A program made the translations under genes and the position numbers. From positions 124,001-188,000 of the forward strand of contig NIVC01000438.1 in the NCBI GenBank assembly GCA_002269645.1: DNA of 64,000 nucleotides. The letters are read 5' to 3'. Positions within the stretch are counted from its first letter, which is position 1. Every line of letters begins with the position of its first letter. The notes under the pieces were generated by a model that saw only the letters and a program-made list of their open reading frames with translations, ran no database searches and was not told the DNA's origin. Source of the stretch: Macrostomum lignano (taxonomy: Eukaryota). This document shows, piece by piece, positions 1 through 12,425 of the stretch.

Positions 1-97
1 TACTACTTTGGTATTTATTTGGGTGGGCATTTTTGCAACTTACCTTGGTTGGCCACCAAATCAGTCGTCCATATCGGCCAACTATTGTGCATGTATG
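1..97 (+). mobile_element. Degenerate right end of an hAT-family element (same family as the 33946-34242 MITE); its left part lies before the window
   Basis: Bases 1-97 align with the reverse complement of about 33946-34050 and with 5860-5926. The segment ends in ATTGTGCATGTATG, a 2-mismatch version of the TIR GTTGCGCATGTATG. Confidence 0.7.
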
Positions 98-541
98 GTT
101 TTGACTCTTGTCATTCCTTATCGTATTTGTACCCCATGTGGCACTAGAACAGTACACTTGACACGGAGTGTTTTAGGCATGATTGTACAGTGTAAGGTTG
201 CAAAAGTGGGGAGTGGCAGAGATACATATGTATATATAGCTGTATGAGTATGATGGCACAAGCTAAGGCTAAGTCAATGCATGCAGCGATAAAAGCAGTC
301 TGTAAAGCCAAATAGTGAAAGTTAACCTTAACTTATAGCACCTTGGCAGCCTATGCTGTCTGCCTGCATCTGATACGAGCATATAACTAAACTACCAAGG
401 CAATTGGTTGTATTTACACTTACTTTCTGTACATGAATTGGTAAAGGTAAGGGCTTTTAAATGTTTTATTTATATAGTAATACTCATAAATCAATTTTAT
501 TTTATCACCAAAATCATATACTCGACTTAATCTTTCACAGA

Positions 542-3500
542 ATGATGTACAGCCTTAGTTGTCTTTGCCTACTGATTCTAAGTGGCATCCTAGCTATCAA
601 TGGTATTCTAGCTGAGAGTGAGTGCTCAATTGTTATAAATGAGTTAAATACTGATGAGCCTAATATTGGATCTCAAGAATTTTCAGAGTTCATTGAGCTA
701 AAGAAAGTTTGTTCTACAACTGCAATGCTATTAGGATCAGTGCCAGTGAGACTCCATGATTTTCTTCTGATTGGAGTTCAAGAATATAGCGGCGATTTTA
801 GACGACCTGTGGTTTCATTTTCTGCTGACTTCTATCGGTCCTCGGGCTTCAAAACGGACAGCAGTTTCTTTGTTATTGCATCAAAAGGGAAGCAGGAAGC
901 AGCAGATATGTTTTTTACCGATACATCTATTGGGTATCAGGGAAAAACTAGACATGGGCTGCCAAGTTCCGCTCCTAGTAGATCATCGCAGTCATCCATC
1001 ATTGATTTTTTCAAGTCTGCTAGTAAGACAATTCCAACAGAACCAAATGCATTAAAGAATGGGAATGGTAAAAGTGCTATGGCCATTATTCTCTTGTATC
1101 AACGAGACTTTTCTAGATCAGAATCGGACAGTTCAAGTTCCACAACTGCCAGTAGCATTGGAAAACTGCGACTAGCTAAAATGCATGCAACACAAAGAAG
1201 ACCTGTTTATGAAGATAAAATTATCATTGATAACTCATTAGCTGAAATTATTAGGAACAATAACAGGTGCACATTTTTGAGTCCATTTATCGTAGGCTAA
1301 GAGACAAGCCCAACTACATCTTAAAGCCAGCAAGAGAATGGGATGAACTTGGTCATGAGGACTATTCAATAAACCGGTGCCCTGAATCCAGCAGTGAGTT
1401 ACGAAAGCCTTTGCTTTTTACAAGGTGGAAACTTGGACAGTTGACTCCAGGTAGATAAAATGACTGCTCAGGTGCTCATTGGATTTTAGAGGACAATATT
1501 GAAGCCATCATAAATACACCTTCAAGAGAAGCATGTACATTGGCAGACTCAGCATTAGCATCTGCTTCATCAGCAACAGAAAGAATCGAAATGCGACTAG
1601 CTCCTGCTCCAGCTCCATGTTCTGAAAGCTCACACCGTAGTGAATTGGCCAGGTCCTATGAATTTTCAGAGCAAATAGCAGCTAATCGAGATCATGCTGT
1701 TCAAACTGCTGCTGCAGAAACTTCTAATTTTTGCTCTGCTGCAAATGTACAGGAAAGAAGAGAGTTGTTGGAGAATGACCAGCAAACAAGCAAACTACAA
1801 GTGGAAATTATTAGGCAAGTAAATATTCAAAGACAATCAACGAAACGATCACTTTGCCAAAGTCCTATTGTTGATTTAGATTCGAGCGACTCAAGGGGTT
1901 CAGGTGATGTTGAAATAGTACAAGTAAATACTGCAGAAGCAGGGCCATCGCAAAGAAAAATACCATGCATAAGCACATCTGCAGACGCATGTCTAGCCAC
2001 TTCAGCATCAAAGCCCTCGTCTTCCTCTATGATGGGCGAAAATATTGAAGTTTTCCCTAAAAAGGACTGGGAGGATACATCTGGTTTTCGAGAGGAGTGG
2101 TTACATTCTTTGGAGATGCACCAGTCACAGTAAGTAAATGGAAACTGACGAACTGTAAATTAATGTATAGTGTATTGTGTATTGCACTTATTAGCATATT
2201 GCTTTTAGATACTCACAAATAGTCCAAATCCCAAAATATTCTCTAATTTGACCATTGCAGATCATTTTCAAGAAAATTTGAGTCACAAGAAATGAAGACA
2301 TGGTTTCAATATGTTCAAAACACCGAAGATCTATCAAGATCTGGAATACAATGTCGGATCTGCAGAAAATTTTTGAATGCACATAAGAAAAATGAGACAA
2401 ATCTAGAGAGCCAACGTAAGTTAACTTTTGCAACAGAACAAGGCTACATTCCCAAAGGTCATGCAAAAGATAGCGTACGAAGAAAACTACAGGAACATTC
2501 ATCAAATACACTTCACAGTGACACCATAAAGTGGATGAAGGAAAAACATACTTCAGTTCTTGCAAAGCAACTCAAACAGATGAATGAGGCCGCTAGACTA
2601 GCTAAAACTAAACGAGATGAAATAACAGCCCGAGTTTTGACAACAGTTTTTTCGCCGAAGTCAAATCTAATATTCCATTCAGTGCTCATCCAAATATGAT
2701 TGATTTACAAGTAAAAAATGGGTTGGATATGGGGAGCCATCATAAGCATCGCAAAAGTGCCGCAGCAATGGTGGAATCAATCAGTAATACAATGCATCGG
2801 ACATTTGTGAATTACATTAAAAGTGCTGACAACCTTCCGATTTCTATTGTACTAGATACAACGTCTGATATTCATTCAAACAGCTACGTCATGATATACT
2901 TCAGAGTTCTTGAAAACAGCCAACCTTTGATGTTTTTTATCGGTTTAAACGTCTGACTGAAGTAGAGACTGGACGAAGCATTTATGAACTTCTCATCCGT
3001 TTATTTTCGGATGACAAGCTAGAAGATGAAATCAAACGAAGGCTATGGGGGGTGACAACTGATGGTGCATCCGTAATGACAGGAAGTCGAGTGGGATTAA
3101 TAAGTCAACTGAGGCCTTGGGCTAGCAAACAATTTTTTCAGCACCATTGTGCAGCGCATAAGTTAGAACTTTCAATCTATCATGCCTTTGAAATCTTCCC
3201 ATTTATGCAACATCTCGATAAGAATATAAATTCTCTACACAAATTTTATATGAGCCACGCTGTTAAACGTAAGGCATCTTTGGCACAAACTTCGGAAGCA
3301 CTCAACTTGGTTTACTATGAATTAAAAAGAATATATCGTATCAGGTGGGTTGCATCGGAAGTGTCTGCTCTTGATGTGATTCGAAAGTCATACTACTTGC
3401 TTCTGACAAATTTAGAAAATATCAAATCACCTTCCTCAGGCTTTGATGACGAAAGTAAAGCAACTGCCTCTGGATTATTGAAAACATTGCAAAATGTCCG

Positions 3501-4647
3501 GTATTATTCATTACATCTATTTCTCATGGACATTCTAAAATTACTGGAATTTGAGTCCTTGCAGTTTCAAAGAGCCAAGGGTACATTTATTGGCTTGCAA
3601 GAACGCCACACTAACCTTATCCATTCACTAGAAACCTTAAAAACGAACAATGGTCCTCGCATTGTGGACTTTTTGGCTTCCTGCAAGTGTCGTCGAGTTT
3701 TGGGAACTGCAGATGGATATCCGCAGCTGGAATACCATTCAGGATGTCACACAAGAGACCTATCTTATTCTAACTTTGCTTGTCCTTCCGGCCCTGGAAG
3801 CAGCGATCCAACAGAGAGGTTTGAGTTGAAGCAACCAGGTTCTGCTGCAGACAGATCTCTAAGAAATAGATTATTTGATGCTAGTGGACGTGGCAGTGTT
3901 GTTGACATGGGAGCTTATCCAGCACTGGATGAGATTCGCAGTCGAATCATTGATAGCATAATTGATCAGCTGCGTAATTATTTTCCTGAGGATGACTACT
4001 CAATATTTAATGTGCTCAACCCAGTGTTATTGCCTAATGCTGAAACATTACATACTGTCTTTACATACAGTTCGAGAATCATACCTCTTGCTAGACGGTT
4101 TGGAATGGAAGATGACAGCTCTGAATCTGAAACAGAGGACCATCTTTCTGATTCAGACTCTAGAGATGCAGATGCTTCAGAACGCGCTACAGAAAGGACA
4201 ATCTCTGGTCAGTTCGGTCTACTCCTAAAAAGTTTGATCACTTCGCATAGTGTTGACTTCTGTGCCTACAAAGGCAAAGGTCCGGTGAAATTTTGGAGTC
4301 ACTTTCTAGAGACAAGAACTGTTGAATGGCTGCCCAGAATAAAGAATCTAATTATGGTTGTGTTAACTTTGCCAATATCATCAGCTGAGGCTAAAAGAGG
4401 GTTTTCTATCTATAAGCACATTGCCTATGACAGGAGAACACGCTTGGCACCAAAAACATTGGAGCATCTACTACGGATTCGAATAAATGGGCCTCCGCTG
4501 ATGAAATTTAAGCCGGATATTTATGTCAATGATTGGCTGAAAAAACACTGGCGTTCTGATGCTCCTGGAGGTCAACGGCAAAAAGAATCCAACGTAGACG
4601 AGGAAAATAAAGATTCTGATTCTGATTTGCTAAGTGGACTATTTTAA
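542..4647 (+). pseudogene. hAT (ZNF862/KIAA1586-like) transposase pseudogene with N-terminal signal peptide and lamin-tail-like domain
   Basis: The ATG at 542 follows an acceptor (TTTCACAG, 533-540). The N-terminus reads MMYSLSCLCLLILSGILAINGILA then IVINELNTDEP...EFIELK...TPGR*NDC. An intron at 2130-2260 (GTAAGT..TTGCAG, phase 2) joins in frame to RKFESQEMKTWFQY...CRIC. hAT motifs are IVLDTTSD, TTDGASVM, HHCAAHKLEL, RWVAS, and the dimerisation domain PISSAEAKRGFS...RTRL. Lesions are frameshifts near 1265, 2650 and 2935, a stop at 1456, and the catalytic Glu replaced by Lys. Confidence 0.85.
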
Positions 4648-4997
4648 AAGTTTTTTATCAGTTTTAATCTGCTACAATTTTAATCAATTATTACAATGGT
4701 ACATGCATAATCATTAAGACTACAGTTCTTCTAAGTTCATATATAAGACCGTTAGAATCTTGCAGTTTTAATTTGCTAATTAAATATTATTAAAAGTATG
4801 ATTTGCAATTGTAATAGGGCTGAAAAATTACTGCTTATAAGTTATTCTATCCCTATTTCTATTCCTTAGCCATTTCTGGCTTCGTAATTCTTAATTTTTC
4901 AAATTGATGCGTTAATGCACACGTAGCCTACACCCTAGTAAGTGATACATTAAATTCATCCTAAACTAATCCTAACCTAATAATCCTAAAGATGCTC

Positions 4998-5718
4998 TGC
5001 GACTTAACTCAGTCCTGCTGCGACTTACCTCGGCCCTGCTGCGACTTACTCGGTCCTGCTGCGACTTAGCTCGCCCTCGGTGCGACTTAGCTCGGTCCTG
5101 CTGCGACTTAGTGCGACTTAGCTCTCGCTCGGTGCGACTTAGCTCGCCCTCGGTGCGACTTAGCTTGGTCCTGCTGCGACTTAGTGCGACTTAGCTCTCG
5201 CTCGGTGCGACTTAGTTCGCCCTCGGTGTGACTTAGCTCGGTCCTGCTGCGACTTAGCTCGCCCTCGGTGCGACTTAGCTCGGTCCTGCTGCGACTTAGC
5301 TCGCCCTCGGTGCGACTTAGCTCGGTCCTGCTGCGACTTAGCTCGCCCTCGGTGCGACTTAGCTCGGTCCTGCTGCGACTTAGTGCGACTTAGCTCTCGC
5401 TCGGTGCGACTTAGTTCGCCCTCGGTGCGACTTAGCTCGGTCCTGCTGCGACTTAGCTCGCCCTCGGTGCGACTTAGCTTGGTCCTGCTGCGACTTAGCT
5501 CGCCCTCGGTGCGACTTAGCTCGGTCCTGCTGCGACTTAGTGCGACTTAGCTCTCGCTCGGTGCGACTTATTTTGCCCTCGGTGCGACTTAGCTCGCCCT
5601 TAGTGCGACTTAGCTCTCGCTCGGTGCGACTTAGTTCGCCCTCGATGCGACTTAGCTCGGTCCTGCTGCGACTTAGCTTGCCCTCGGTGCGACTTAGCTC
5701 GCCCTCGGTGCGACTTAC
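4998..5718. repeat. Tandem array of ~21-bp units (TGCGACTTAGCTCGGTCCTGC / TGCGACTTAGCTCGCCCTCGG) in the hAT subterminal region
   Basis: Directly visible repeats. The core TGCGACTTA also occurs in the subterminal parts of the MITE at 34140-34210. Confidence 0.95.
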
Positions 5719-5859
5719 CTTGTCTTCAGTGCTGCAACTTACAGCACTTACAACTCTTTTTGTGTTTTTCTCTTTCTCTTTGCTCCCTTTTTCTCGTTTT
5801 TTCCTTTTCCTTTCCCCTTTTTCGTCTTTTGTTTTTTCGTTTTTTTTGGCGGTTAATCA

Positions 5860-5926
5860 ATTTTGCGACTTACTTGGTTGGCCGCCAAATCGGTCGGCCG
5901 ACTCGGCCGACTGTTGCGCATGTATG
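5860..5926 (+). mobile_element. Right terminus (TIR GTTGCGCATGTATG, 5913-5926) of the hAT element carrying the 542-4647 transposase
   Basis: Identical 14-bp TIR and matching subterminal sequence to the MITE at 33946-34242. It lies downstream of the transposase. Confidence 0.8.
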
Positions 5927-7393
5927 CTGAGGCATCATCTATTAAATATGGTTTCTGGTTTTCAACGGTCATATGTACCTATTATTTGGGTCACCGACTT
6001 CTCGTGAGCACTTATTCACAGCTGCTTAGAGTTTCATCAGTGTGACTTAGAAACTTATCTTGGATTACATTTTCATTATTTTGAAAGGTCACAAACATAT
6101 GAACACAAGTATGGCATATTTTTATGCAAGAACCATTTAATGCATTCAGCAAGTCGGTATTTAAGGCGGAAACGAACACCAAAACATGTCCGAGAGACAT
6201 TCCTTGCTTACTTTAGTTTAATCATAACGTCCGAAAGCATAGAAGAAGTGAAAGAAATAATTACCAATATGATGACTGTGTTTCTGTCTGAGACCACAGA
6301 AGGCTGTCTTACTGCTCGATCTCAATTAAATTCTGGTGCAGAGAAGTCTCAACACTTCAAGGAGCAAATTCATGATGCAAATGATGAAGAAAAGCAAGAA
6401 ATAATTGACAGGGAAAACGAAAAATGGGAAAAGTCTGCCTACAGGCAGTCAAAGTATTATGATTATTTCATCGATTTGCAAAATTCTGTGATACAAAAAT
6501 TGAGGCAGGAAAAAGAAACCATGGAGAGCTTCACTGAAAATTTCTTGTTTTTTCCTGATATTGTAAGCCTGCTTATATCGCATTACTTAGCGTATCTGCC
6601 ATTGTGGAGTGCCAGCACATGGAGTCACGCGTTTAAAGGCTCATTGTTGAAGTCTCCGTTATCTAATGCGCACGTTGAAAGTTGGTTCAAAAGAGTAAAG
6701 GAATCCTACGGACTGCCTTTGTCTCTGGGAAAATTTACTACCATTATTGCTAAAGTTATTCACAAAAGAATATCAGAAGCAAGAATTATGACTCATGTGA
6801 AGTCACATCCGCAATTTCGAAAAGCTCAAAAAAGATACTCTGAAAGTGCTGAAGGAGCCGAGGAACACTGGAGTAGAAAAAGAGCTAAATACGGGCGAAA
6901 AAGTCAAAGCAAGCCACCAGGTCCTACACAGGCTCCATTGCAGGACCCTCCTTGTCCGTCAGCTACTCAAGCTCCATCGCAGGACCCTCCTCGTCCGTCA
7001 GCTACTCAAGCTCCATTGCAGGACCCTCCTCGTCCGTTAGCTACTCAAGCTCCATTGCAGGACCCTCCTCGTCCGTCAGCTACTCAAGCTTCATTGCAGG
7101 ACCCTCCTGGTTCAGCTGCTATCAAAATTATGATAGCCGCCTACTCATGCGGTATTTTCACCTGCCTATTCGGTCGCAGTTTGCTTCTTGACAAATGTAC
7201 AATAATCGTTAACTGCACCCAATGTAAGCTTGAGACTGCAAGAAAAATAATAAAAACTGCACTGCTTAACTTCTCTAAGGCGGCTAGTCAACCAACATGC
7301 AAGTACTGTGGAAAAGAAGAACCACCTGGTCGGAGTTGCCGTATTGAATGGGTAATCGAAAAAGCGTTTCAATTGCATGCAAATAAAAAATAA
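5927..7393 (+). pseudogene. MULE (Mutator/NOF-like) transposase, 3' part, interrupted by the hAT insertion; carries a Ulp1-like Cys motif remnant and a truncated PHD-like finger
   Basis: One reading frame gives IIWVTDFS*ALIHSC (probable TGG>TGA at 6005), the CxxH motif CKNH, YLPLWS, and the catalytic-Glu motif SNAHVESWF. It continues to AYSCGIFTC and CKYCGKEEPPG..IEWV. A 42-bp (14-aa) internal repeat lies at about 6930-7108. Confidence 0.7.
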
Positions 7394-7914
7394 GTCTACT
7401 TTATTAATTTATAAAATGTATAAAGGGTAGATAGAGTATAGAATGTCATTATATACATATCACAATTGTTTTCATCCTTTAGATTGAGTGTCCATCCTGC
7501 CTCTTCTGCCACCACAAAATCTGTTGGGACCGAAGTGCTGCTAGCGCCGTCTGTAAAACGTGCTCCCAGATTGACATCTAAAACTTGTTTCTGCTGGCAA
7601 TCTGATAACTGCATCATTTATTAAAAGCCCTTTTAATTGCAGGTATGCCAAAATATAAGCAGAAGTCAGTGAATATTGATGTGACACTGTTGCTTGTATT
7701 ATTAATATGTTATAATGTTATGTAATAATATTATTATATTTACTGTCGAAAATTATCAATCATTCAGGTGATTCGCCTCCATTCAAAAAATCGAAAAATA
7801 GAATTTACTGTTTCAGTCAAAAGTTTATAATGGCTTGAACTAAATGGCGAGCAATGTTTCGAATCAAATATCTTCATTAAAGTTTCGCCAAGATTGACTG
7901 CAATTGACTTCTCA

Positions 7915-8460
7915 AGGTGAATATCTGTACACGCCGAGCAATGTTTCGAGATGAATATCTCACGAACGGTGGCATCTTTGGCAACGCCTGAGGTGTCATT
8001 TTAAAGCTGGGACATGCGTAAAAGAGTGAGTTAAATTTCATCGGAATTGACTGAAAAACACAGGTGGAGCATGTGCACAAAGATTGGGAATACATTTGAT
8101 TTATAAGGTGAATGTCTGTACACGCCGAGCAATATTTTGAGTCGAATATCTCACGAACGGAGGCGTCTTTGGCAACGCCTAAGGTGTCATTTTAAAGCTG
8201 GGACATGCGTAAAAGAGCGAGTTAAATTTCATCGGAATTGACTGAAAAACACAGGTGGAGCACGTGCACAAAGATTGGGAATACATTTGATTTATAAGGT
8301 GAATGTCTGTACACGCCAAGCAATGTTTCGAGTCGAATATCTCACAAACGGAGGCGTCTTTGGCGACGCCTGAGGTGTTATTTTAAAGCTAGGACATGCG
8401 TAAAAGAGCGAGTTCAGTTCTATGTTTCGTAAGCAAAAAATGGTGTCACAATTTCTTGGC
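7915..8460. repeat. About 3 tandem copies of a ~190-bp unit, probably the subterminal repeats of the MULE
   Basis: AAGGTGAAT(A/G)TCTGTACACGCC recurs at about 7915, 8105 and 8296 with near-identical intervening sequence. The link to the MULE is inference. Confidence 0.85.
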
Positions 8461-9142
8461 ATATATTTCGACATACAACGTCAAGCGTTATTGACTCAAA
8501 AGCAAAGCACACTTTAGAGTCGAATATCTCAGGAAATACTGTTTCTTTTTCAGCTTCAATGGTGTCATTCTAAAGCTGGGATGTGCGTAAGAATGGAACT
8601 ATAAATTCATTTAATTTGAGAGCGAAATGGAGTTCTGACATCAGCAAATATGTGCTGTTTCTTGACTTGCCTTCAAAAAAGCAAATTGCCAAGCACACTT
8701 TAAAAGAAAATAATTCAGGAAGTAAAGTATTTTCTTAGACGCGTGATGCAGCATTTTACAGCTGAAACATGTGTAAGAGTTAGTCCATTGACTTTTTGGG
8801 ATACGGGGCACATTTATGGGATGTAAAAATTGAATCATTTTCAGAAAACGTTGAAGAGATGCTGAATCAGGGTGTTGCCAAGCAATCTTTGAAACAATGC
8901 ACTTCGTAAAGTTTTTTATTTTATAAATCAAATTTGGGCTCATTTGATTGCAAACACATGCGTAAACATCTGCCAAAAATATGGTTCTGTTTGGTCCATT
9001 TTGTTAAAAGTAGTAGATGATGGTTTTGAATATCTGTCTGAATATCTGTCGGGAAACCCTCACATGGGGCCTAGTCTCCCTTCCTAGCATCTTTATCAAG
9101 ACAATATCACAAATAAACATATAATAAAATTATAATATATAG

Positions 9143-9783
9143 TAGGGGTCAGATGAGATCTTGATAAATCTTATTAATTCTGGCTCTTGATAATAAATCT
9201 TATCAAGATCTTAGGGTTTTCTAAAATCTTAATCTAAATTTCAAATCTCAAAAAATGTCAAGATTCAAGATAATAAAAAATGTTTGAGAAAACAGTTTGA
9301 TCTATAATAAATAATAAAATATAGCATCATAGAGCCTAATGGTGTCAATTTCAATATCAATATTTTGTTTAAATTTTGTATATTGCAAAGAATCTTAAAA
9401 CTTAAATACTTTTACAGAAAAAAATTTTCATTGTTCCTATAATATTTGGCTTTTTATTGCATTTTGTGTGATTCTAAATGCTTTTTATAGTAGAGTAGCC
9501 AAGGGGCTGTACCCCCCCCCCAATTGCCTAAGGAGGTAGGGTTGGGTGTGGTAGGTACTAAAAACCATAAGGCAATTGAGTGCCTGCAACTCTAAAATAA
9601 GTGCTTGTAGTGCCAAAAAAACTGGCAATGGCATAATTAAGATATGCCAATATGGCCAGCCAGGCCAAACTGGCCTTCTCTTTTAAATGAAATTCTTAGC
9701 TATGTCAATGGAATCTCAAATATCTCAAAGAAGCCAATCTTGATTCTTGGAATTCTTAAAAATTGATATTGTCTAGCCCTTTA
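9143..9783. mobile_element. Possible degenerate non-autonomous DNA transposon
   Basis: The ends TAGGGGTCAGA and rc TAAGGGCTAGAC are weakly inverted. They are flanked by the direct repeat AATATATAG, and there are internal ATCTTGA/TCAAGAT motifs. The AT-rich context makes a chance match possible. Confidence 0.3.
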
Positions 9784-11729
9784 AATATATAGCCATAGGG
9801 TTAAGATAGCCTTAGTTTAGAAAGTGATATATATACCAAGATTTCCCAGTATAGGCCTACAACAAAGGTCTTATCATTTAAAAACATTAAAATTAAAAAC
9901 AATCTCAATATTCAATAATGCCAATGAAACATACCTTTTATTTGAGATGAAAGATTTTTGAAAATTAGAATTAGTCTTTATTGTTTGAAAATTAATTGCT
10001 TCTATACCAAACAGCTTTAAAATTTGCTTTGCAAGAATATCTAAGCGAACTTTTTCTATCTTTTTTTCAACTAACACTATTGTTGAATTTGACTCTAATT
10101 TAAAACTAAACTTTGTGTCTGATGTTTGTGCAATACTTGATTCAGTCTGCTTAGAATCACATGTTGATAATGATGATGTTGATTTCATTTTTATAAAAAA
10201 TATAGCAGACTAGGCCTATACCTTGGCCTAATAAACTAAACTATCATAGAAACAAAAAATGTGCAAATTAGTGTATTTTATATCTAGATAGGCCTAGGAC
10301 AAAATAAATCCAAAACTACAATACATACAAGACAAGTCTTAAGAAGACGTTATAATATATATTCAGAAGCCCTGTCCTACGAGGACAACTGGTTTAAATC
10401 CATGAATTTAGGACTTTGATCATAATAGGTGGACTGTCTGTCTAAATATCAGTCGAGAAACCCACCTATAAATTATTTGAATAACTGAATAATAATAATG
10501 TTCAAACTATCTTAAGCCGTAAACTAAATCAAGTTTTCATTTGAATGCGCTTAAATGCGTTGTACAGATAATGTGAGAAAAAAACAAAATAAAAGGCACA
10601 GCCTTTTAATAAAAAAACACTAAAAATAAATTAAAGCTTTCACTAGTATTATTTTATGAATCTCCATTCATAGAAATGAAAAATCTCTCTGTGTGTGTTA
10701 AGGGTGTGTGTACAATTTTGTTTACTTTGGACTCCCAAGCCACTCAACCAAATGACTACCAAATTTTTCACCACCCGAAACTTACTAGGGAGAATGTCTT
10801 AGGATACTTTAAAATTTCCTAAACTCAAGTCTTCCAACCAGCAGAGTGTACAAAAAACTGCCAAAAAAGCGCTTTTTTCATTAAATCAACCATAGCGTTG
10901 CTCCACTTTCACAAATCCTATTCAAATTTACCACTAACAATCATGAACTATTTTGACACAAGTTTTCTCCACGGGAAGCGATTGACTTCAAACTTTGACG
11001 CAATTCTTCATTGACTTTTTTTCGTCTGAATGTATAAATTCTCAACTCTGTAACTCAAATCAGGACGGAAATTCTGACGTGTATGAAGTTTGTGAGCTTT
11101 TTTGTTGTCTGTGCCGCCCACTCAGTCCCCCCAGACCATGAGGGTCAGGCTACAATAGGCCGGGCTGCTGAGTGTACATAGCAATGTGCATAAATGACTT
11201 GATATAGGCTTCTCTGCACCCCTGTATACGTTTTATATCCATGACAGTTAGTGAGAAATTCTAACCACTGTCGTCTGATCTGTATTTGCGTGGATGAGGA
11301 TCGGATTCGATTCTGTGGATCGAAATATTTTTACAAAAGCGATGCAAAGCAATACAATCTTACTAAATTTAGTGGATCACACCATGGAAACTTTAGCATT
11401 TTAATTGTACTGAAAGGCAGCACCTGGGAATATATAATTCCTTCCAAAATAATAATGCGCATTATTACTTAATTTAATGCTTAGTTATTCAGCTGCATGG
11501 AGATAGCTCTCGTACACAATTCCTCTCGGGCTGCAAATTGGCCAGAAGATTATGTGATCAAGCAGTCAGCAAACGCAACATCCGACGGAATGAACAACCA
11601 TGACTGTCCATGATAGTACTAGATGTATATCACAAAAACTGGTTTTTGAAGCAGGAGTAGTGGTCTGCAGACGCAGGTCGACTTTTACCGCATTTTCAGA
11701 AAGAATCCAGCTCATGGCTGCATGGATGA

Positions 11730-12425
11730 GAGTGAAAAGGAGAAGGAATAGAAGAGTAGAGAAGAGAGGAGAGGCGAAATATATGATGTGAGAATAGATC
11801 GAAGAGTAAAGGAGAGAAGAGGGCCGGATCGTGAGGAGAGAGAGGATAGAAGGAAAGAGGAGGGAAAAGGAGAGAGAGAAGAGGAAAGAGATAAGCGAGA
11901 GAGATTGAACAAAAGAGGGGAGAGAGAGAAGCAAGTGGAGAGGGAGAAGAGGGGAGAAGAGGGCTGTGAGAAGAAAGGCGAGAGAGAAGGAGGGGAGACA
12001 GGAAAGGGAAAGAAGAAAGAGATCGAGGAGAGAGAAGAGGGGAGAGAGAAGCGAGAAGAGATGAGAAAGGGAGAGAGGAGAGAGAGGAGAGAGAGAGAGG
12101 AGGGGAGACAAAGAGGGGCGACAGGGAAGAGAAAGAAAGTGAGTAGAAATGAGAGAGGAGAGAGAGCATGCAGGAGACGAGAGATGAGAGAAGAGAAGAG
12201 GAGTAAAAGAGGGGAGAGAGAAGAGAGAGCAGTTAAGAAAGGAGAGGGATGAGAGGAGAAAGCAGAGAGAAAAGAGGGGAAATGAGAAGAGAGGAGCGGA
12301 AAAGGGAAAGAGGAGAGGAGAGATATAAGAGTAGAGATGACAGATGCCAGAGGGGGAGGAAAGAGGAGAAAGTTTCAAAGGACCCTTGAAGGGGACGGAG
12401 AGAGGCAGAAGCCAGAGATCAGAGA
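11730..12425. repeat. Polypurine (GA-rich) low-complexity tract
   Basis: Almost exclusively A/G on the + strand. Confidence 0.95.

Noticed and set aside
10660-11180. Possible Helitron-like non-autonomous element (also 30930-31200)
   Set aside because: There is only a vague resemblance of the 5' sequence. No convincing 3' hairpin plus CTRR end could be fixed.
11566-12378. Leu/Ser-rich or Arg/Glu-rich ORFs
   Set aside because: Artefacts of the polypurine tract.
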